A stretch of DNA of 18,670 bases from an uncultured Clostridia bacterium (lineage in GTDB: Bacteria > Bacillota > Clostridia > TANB77 > CAG-465). Below the pieces are notes generated by a model, which saw only the letters and a list, made by a program, of their open reading frames with translations, did no database searches and was not told the DNA's origin. This document shows, one piece after another, positions 14,152 to 18,670 of the stretch. Both the position numbers and the translations under genes were made by a program. Each line of letters opens with the position of its first letter. The stretch's first letter is position 1. The stretch is taken from contig CALWOE010000025.1 in assembly GCA_944383035.1 (NCBI GenBank), forward strand, positions 1 to 18,670, read 5' to 3'.

Positions 14152-14847
14152 ATGAAAAATATACAGTTTTGCTCTTTTCAAGAAAATTTACCAAGTGTAA
14201 GTATTTTAGATTTTTTCTATAACACAGTATATATGAAAAATGATAACTTACTTGATAACTTTGATAAATTTACAATAAGTGATAATTATAACTTATATGT
14301 AAAATGGGAATTATTTTCAAAGAATGAAGAAAAGGAGTTTTATTATATTTGTCAATATTCATGCTATAAATATTTACGAGAGTTATATATATTATATACA
14401 AAGAGAAATGTTTTAGATATTGATAAATGTAATATAGGAATATATTATATTAAAAAATATGAACAGGAACCTTTAATTTATGAAAAAAAATTTTTTTATA
14501 GATTTAAAGATTTTTTAATAAAAAAAAGAGATTTATTAATAAAAAATTCAAAAAAAATTAATGATTTATTTGAAATGGATAATTATATAAATTCTTTGTA
14601 TATTGGAATAAATGAAAATTATGAAAAAACAGAATTAGATGATTATTCAATAGGATATTGTAAAAATTTAATTTTTATTAATTCCAAAAAAGATATTCCA
14701 TTTCAAAAAATAAATATATCTAATAATATTATTAATTTAGATTTAAGTGTAATTAAAAGTATTAAATATATTAGATATTTAAATGAAAATACATTATTTT
14801 TAGTAAGTAAAGGTACTGAAAAATATTTTTTAAAAATTATTTCTTAA
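14152..14847 (+). CDS. Hypothetical protein, 231 aa, stand-alone transcription unit
   Basis: GGAGG at 14141-14145, 6 nt before the ATG. Bracketed by its own promoter and terminator. Tyr/Lys/Asn-rich with no TM segment and no recognisable motif. Confidence 0.65.
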   Translation: MKNIQFCSFQENLPSVSILDFFYNTVYMKNDNLLDNFDKFTISDNYNLYVKWELFSKNEEKEFYYICQYSCYKYLRELYILYTKRNVLDIDKCNIGIYYIKKYEQEPLIYEKKFFYRFKDFLIKKRDLLIKNSKKINDLFEMDNYINSLYIGINENYEKTELDDYSIGYCKNLIFINSKKDIPFQKINISNNIINLDLSVIKSIKYIRYLNENTLFLVSKGTEKYFLKIIS

Positions 14848-14855
14848 AACCCATA

Positions 14856-14899
14856 AATCTTTATAGTTAATTAAATATTAATTATAAAGATTTTTTTTT
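14856..14899 (+). terminator. Intrinsic terminator after the 14152 gene
   Basis: 16-bp stem aatctttatagttaat (14856-14871) / attaattataaagatt (14877-14892) with one G-U pair, loop taaat, T-run to 14899. Confidence 0.8.
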
Positions 14900-14985
14900 G
14901 AAAATTTTGTAATAGAAGTGAAATTTTAGTGAAATACCAGCTTTTATGTTCACTTTTAAAAATTTGTGTGGTATAATAAAAACCG

Positions 14986-16269
14986 GTGATAGGAATGGAA
15001 TTTGAAAATTTAGATGGATATACCATGTATGGAATTAAAGAAAAATATGCAAAACTTGCAAAAGATTCAGAAGAAAAATTAAAGCTAGTTTTTGATGAAA
15101 TTGATGATATCGCTTTATACAATCAAGCAAAAGTTTTAAAAGCTTTTCAAAATAATAGAATATCTGAAGTTCACTTTAAAAAAACAACTGGTTATGGTAT
15201 AACAGATTATGGAAGAGAAAAGATAGATGATACTTATGCAGAGATTTTTAATACACAAAAAGCATTGGTAAGAATTCAATTTGTTTGTGGAACTCATACA
15301 ATTGCTACAGTATTACAAGCTTTACTAATGCCAAATGACACATTGCTTACAATAACAGGAAGACCATATGATACTATACTAGAAACAATTGGTATTGTTG
15401 ATAATCCATTATCTTTGAAAAATTATGGAGTCAAATATGATGAAATAGATCTTACTGAAGATAATGATTTTGATATACCAAAAATTGTAGATTATTTAAA
15501 AAATAATAAAGTAAAAGTTGTACATATACAACGTTCTAGAGGATATAGTTTAAGAAATGCTTTAACTATTGATAAAATAGAAAAAGTTATAAAAGAAATT
15601 AAAGCTGTAGATAAAGATGTAATAGTAATGGTTGATAACTGTTATGGTGAGTTTGTAGAAAAAAGAGAGCCAACTGATGTTGGAGCAGATATTTTGTGTG
15701 GAAGTTTAATTAAAAATCCTGGCGGTGGTTTATGCGAAACAGGAGGATATATATGTGGTAGAGAAGATTTAATAAATCTTTGTGCAATTAGACTTACTTG
15801 TCCTGGTATAAATGCTGAAGAAGGAGCAACTCTTGGTCAAAATAAAAATATTTTACAAGGATTGTTTATGGCTCCATCAACTGTAAAAAATGCAATAAAG
15901 AGTGCAATACTTGCAGCATCAATGATGGAAGAATTAGGTTTTGAAACATTTCCAAATGCTTTTGAGAAAAGAAGTGATATTGTTCAAGTAATAAAATTAG
16001 AAAGTCCTGAGAAATTAGAAAAATTTATGCAAGGTGTTCAAGCTTCAAGTCCAGTAGATAGTCATGTAGTTCCAGTAGCTTCAGAAATGGCTGGATATGA
16101 GGATAAAATAATAATGGCAGCTGGTTCGTTTGTTGAAGGAGCAACAATTGAATTTGGTGCAGATGGCCCAATGAGACCACCATATGTAGCATATATGCAA
16201 GGTGGACTTACTTATGAGGCTACTAAACTTTCAATTTGTTTTGCTATTCAAAAAATGATGGAGAATTAG
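14986..16269 (+). CDS. YnbB / aluminium-resistance family PLP-dependent enzyme (methionine gamma-lyase-like fold)
   Basis: Family-typical strings VLKAFQNNRISEVHF, TTGYGITDYGREKID, FVCGTHTIA and GSLIKNPGGGL (PLP lysine context). The start is uncertain: GTG 14986, ATG 14995 or ATG 15025. An extended -10 TGgTATAAT lies at 14969-14977. Confidence 0.85.
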   Translation: MIGMEFENLDGYTMYGIKEKYAKLAKDSEEKLKLVFDEIDDIALYNQAKVLKAFQNNRISEVHFKKTTGYGITDYGREKIDDTYAEIFNTQKALVRIQFVCGTHTIATVLQALLMPNDTLLTITGRPYDTILETIGIVDNPLSLKNYGVKYDEIDLTEDNDFDIPKIVDYLKNNKVKVVHIQRSRGYSLRNALTIDKIEKVIKEIKAVDKDVIVMVDNCYGEFVEKREPTDVGADILCGSLIKNPGGGLCETGGYICGREDLINLCAIRLTCPGINAEEGATLGQNKNILQGLFMAPSTVKNAIKSAILAASMMEELGFETFPNAFEKRSDIVQVIKLESPEKLEKFMQGVQASSPVDSHVVPVASEMAGYEDKIIMAAGSFVEGATIEFGADGPMRPPYVAYMQGGLTYEATKLSICFAIQKMMEN

Positions 16270-16270
16270 T

Positions 16271-17509
16271 ATGAAAGTAGTTGTAATAGGAGGTGGGGCA
16301 GCCGGAATGGTGGCTGCTATAACCTCGGCGAGAAATAATAATGATGTTGTTATTTTAGAAAAAACAGATAATTTAGGGAATAAGTTGAAGATTACTGGTA
16401 AAGGAAGATGTAATATAACATTTTCTGGAGATATAGAAGATTTTAAGAAAAATGTTGTAAAAAATAATAAATTTATGTACAGTAGTTTTTCAAACTTTTC
16501 AAATACAGATGTTATAAACTTTTTCAATTCCTTAGGAGTAGAAACTAAAGTAGAAAGAGGAGCTAGAATATTCCCTGTATCAGATAATGCAAATGATGTA
16601 GTAAATGCATTAAAAAAAGAACTTAACAGATTAAAAGTAAATATACGCTATAATTCAAAAGTAGAGCATATTATCACTAAAGATAATATAGTACAAGGTG
16701 TTAGGTTAGAAGATGGAACTGTTATAAATTGTGATAAATGTATATTAACAACTGGAGGAAATTCGTATAAAAAAACAGGTAGTTCAGGTGATGGATATAA
16801 AATTGCAAAAGAATTAGGACATGAAATTGTTGATATAAAACCTGGACTTGTACCATTAAAATCTGATGATATCATTTGTAAGATGGCACAAGGACTTTCT
16901 CTAAAAAATATATTTTATAAAGTTTATTTAGATAATAAAATAATATTTGAAGAATTTGGTGAATTGATGTTTGCTCATTTTGGACTTACACGGCCAGTTG
17001 TGTTAAGCTCAAGTAGTAAGATAAATAGATTAAATAATTTAGAGGAAAATTTTAAAAATAAAAAGATAAATGCGGTTATAGATTTAAAACCAGCTCTTGA
17101 TTTTGATACTTTATATAAAAGAATATGTAGAGATTTTGATAAATATAGTAATAAAGAATTTAAAAATAGTTTAAATGATTTATTACCGCAAAAATTAATA
17201 CCTGTAATTATAAAGCTTTCAAATATTAAAGAAACAAAAAAGGTACATCAAATTACAAAAGAAGAAAGACATGATTTGTGTAATCTTATAAAAAACTTAA
17301 AAATAAATATAACTGGATTTATGCCAATGGATATTGCAATAATAACATGTGGTGGTGTAAGTGTAAAACAGATAAATCCTAAGACTATGGAATCAAAGTT
17401 GGTTAAAGGATTATATTTTGCAGGTGAAGTCTTAGATATAGATGGATATACTGGTGGATATAACCTACAAATAGCTTTTTCTACAGCTTATGCTGCAGGT
17501 CAAAATTAA
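16271..17509 (+). CDS. HI0933 / BaiN-like NAD(P)/FAD-dependent oxidoreductase
   Basis: N-terminal Rossmann motif VVVIGGGAAGMVAAI, then KLKITGKGRCNIT, and C-terminal GLYFAGEVLDIDGYTGGYNLQIAFSTAYAAG. The ATG is 1 nt after the preceding stop. Confidence 0.88.
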   Translation: MKVVVIGGGAAGMVAAITSARNNNDVVILEKTDNLGNKLKITGKGRCNITFSGDIEDFKKNVVKNNKFMYSSFSNFSNTDVINFFNSLGVETKVERGARIFPVSDNANDVVNALKKELNRLKVNIRYNSKVEHIITKDNIVQGVRLEDGTVINCDKCILTTGGNSYKKTGSSGDGYKIAKELGHEIVDIKPGLVPLKSDDIICKMAQGLSLKNIFYKVYLDNKIIFEEFGELMFAHFGLTRPVVLSSSSKINRLNNLEENFKNKKINAVIDLKPALDFDTLYKRICRDFDKYSNKEFKNSLNDLLPQKLIPVIIKLSNIKETKKVHQITKEERHDLCNLIKNLKINITGFMPMDIAIITCGGVSVKQINPKTMESKLVKGLYFAGEVLDIDGYTGGYNLQIAFSTAYAAGQN

Positions 17510-17524
17510 AAGGAGGAAGATAAA

Positions 17525-18670
17525 ATGGCAGAAACTTTATTTATAAAAGAAAAGAAAAAAATACCCAATATAGTAATGGTTATTATAGTAGCAGTTGTAT
17601 GTAGTATTTTGGGAAGTTTAGTTACATATTTTTTACTTGTAAATAAAATTAATGTTGCAAATAACAATGGTACTACAAATAATGTTACAACATATCAAAT
17701 AGAACAAACTGATAGTCCAGTGGTAGCAATAGCAAAAAAAGCTGGACCATCAATAGTTGGAGTTAAAGTACAAGCAATATCACAAAAAATTTTTGGTTCA
17801 CTTTCTGAATCAGCATCAGAAGGATCTGGAATAATATATACAGAAGATGGTTATATTATAACTAATTATCATGTTATATCAGAAGCTATGAATAATTCTA
17901 CAGCCAAAGTATATGTTACATTACCAAATACAGATGAAGAAATACCTGCTACAATTGTTGGGGGAGATTCAACTACAGATTTAGCAGTAATAAAAATAGA
18001 TAAAACTGGTTTAACAAAAGCAGAAATCGGAAAATCATCTGAATTAGAAGTTGGTGATTTGGCTGTGGCAATTGGTAATCCATTAGGTCAAGAATTTGCA
18101 GGAAGTGTTACAGTTGGATATATATCAGCATTAAATAGAACAATTTCAACAGATGGAAGAACATATAAATTAATACAAACAGATGCAGCGATAAATCCAG
18201 GTAATAGTGGTGGTGCTTTAGTAAATTCTCAAGGTCAAGTAATTGGTATAAATACTGTTAAAATATCAAACAGCTCATCAAATACATCTGTTGAAGGATT
18301 AGGATTTGCTATACCAATAGATGATGCAATTGAAGTTATTGATGAATTAATTCAAAACAAGAAGATAGTAAGACCATATATAGGAATTAACAGTATAGAT
18401 ATCGATTCAATTACAGCAAAATTAAATAATATACCTGAAGGTATATATGTATATAGTGTGGTTACAAATTCTCCAGCAGCTAAAGCAAATATTCAAAAAG
18501 GTGATATAATTGTTGGTATAGAAGGTAAAGATATAAAAACAACTGAAGAATTAAATGAAGTTAAAAATTCTAAGAAAGTTGGAGATGAAATAACACTTAA
18601 AATCTTTAGAAATAATCAAAATATTGATGTAAAAGTTACATTAGAATCTGATGAAAATATTCAACAATAA
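17525..18670 (+). CDS. htrA: HtrA/DegP-family serine protease with N-terminal membrane anchor and C-terminal PDZ domain
   Basis: TM helix IVMVIIVAVVCSILGSLVTYFLLV. Catalytic triad contexts TNYHVI, DLAVIKI and GNSGGALVN. PDZ-like IQKGDIIVGIEGKDI. SD aaggagg. The TAA stop is at 18668-18670. Confidence 0.92.
   Translation: MAETLFIKEKKKIPNIVMVIIVAVVCSILGSLVTYFLLVNKINVANNNGTTNNVTTYQIEQTDSPVVAIAKKAGPSIVGVKVQAISQKIFGSLSESASEGSGIIYTEDGYIITNYHVISEAMNNSTAKVYVTLPNTDEEIPATIVGGDSTTDLAVIKIDKTGLTKAEIGKSSELEVGDLAVAIGNPLGQEFAGSVTVGYISALNRTISTDGRTYKLIQTDAAINPGNSGGALVNSQGQVIGINTVKISNSSSNTSVEGLGFAIPIDDAIEVIDELIQNKKIVRPYIGINSIDIDSITAKLNNIPEGIYVYSVVTNSPAAKANIQKGDIIVGIEGKDIKTTEELNEVKNSKKVGDEITLKIFRNNQNIDVKVTLESDENIQQ

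Noticed and set aside
14871-15122. 83-aa - strand ORF overlapping the terminator and the ynbB-like gene start
   Set aside because: It covers the 14856-14899 terminator and the promoter region and is antisense to the conserved N-terminus of the YnbB-family protein. It has no SD.
16231-16875. Two - strand ORFs (98 and 75 aa) antisense to the HI0933-like gene
   Set aside because: They are antisense to a gene with clear Rossmann and C-terminal family motifs. They are artefacts of an open reverse frame.
1-18670. Mobile element, prophage, CRISPR or defence-island signatures
   Set aside because: I saw no integrase, transposase or recombinase-like ORF. There are no terminal inverted repeats, regularly spaced direct repeats or tRNA gene, and no recognisable nuclease, helicase or methylase defence genes. 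The accessory-looking genes are interleaved with housekeeping operons on the same strand.

Overview
Very AT-rich chromosomal segment from a low-GC Firmicutes-type organism. That placement rests on GGAGG Shine-Dalgarno sites, the IreB-RuvX-DUF1292 block, a YnbB-family gene and Lys/Asn/Ile-rich proteins; G+C was not computed. I support 20 protein-coding genes, 19 of them on the + strand, plus several sigma-A-like promoters and intrinsic terminators. I saw no rRNA, tRNA, CRISPR array, IS element or integrase. Confident housekeeping calls are hflX, pflB and pflA (pyruvate formate-lyase and its radical-SAM activase), cca (- strand), ireB, ruvX, a DUF1292 gene, a YnbB/aluminium-resistance-family PLP enzyme, an HI0933/BaiN-like flavoprotein and an HtrA-type protease. 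There is also a pair of half-size TSUP (TauE/SafE) membrane genes with a coupled 45-aa peptide gene. The best candidate for an undescribed system is 9053-12957, between cca and ireB. It starts with a terminator-containing leader in front of a 93-aa acidic protein. A separate promoter then drives a signal-peptide plus 2-TM mini-protein, a 607-aa protein and a 357-aa protein. The 607-aa protein has a pseudo-receiver, a Q/P-rich linker and a ParA/MinD-like domain with a broken Walker A (GAPKVGTT). The 357-aa protein is TM + sensor + degenerate GGDEF (SGLRF). No partner machine (secretion ATPase, synthase, relaxase) is present in the window. Secondary leads are a promoter-hairpin-terminator leader or sRNA upstream of an unknown 369-aa gene that is translationally coupled to hflX, and two stand-alone orphan genes (2773-3591 and 14152-14847). 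All family assignments come from motif reading by eye and none has been checked against a database.
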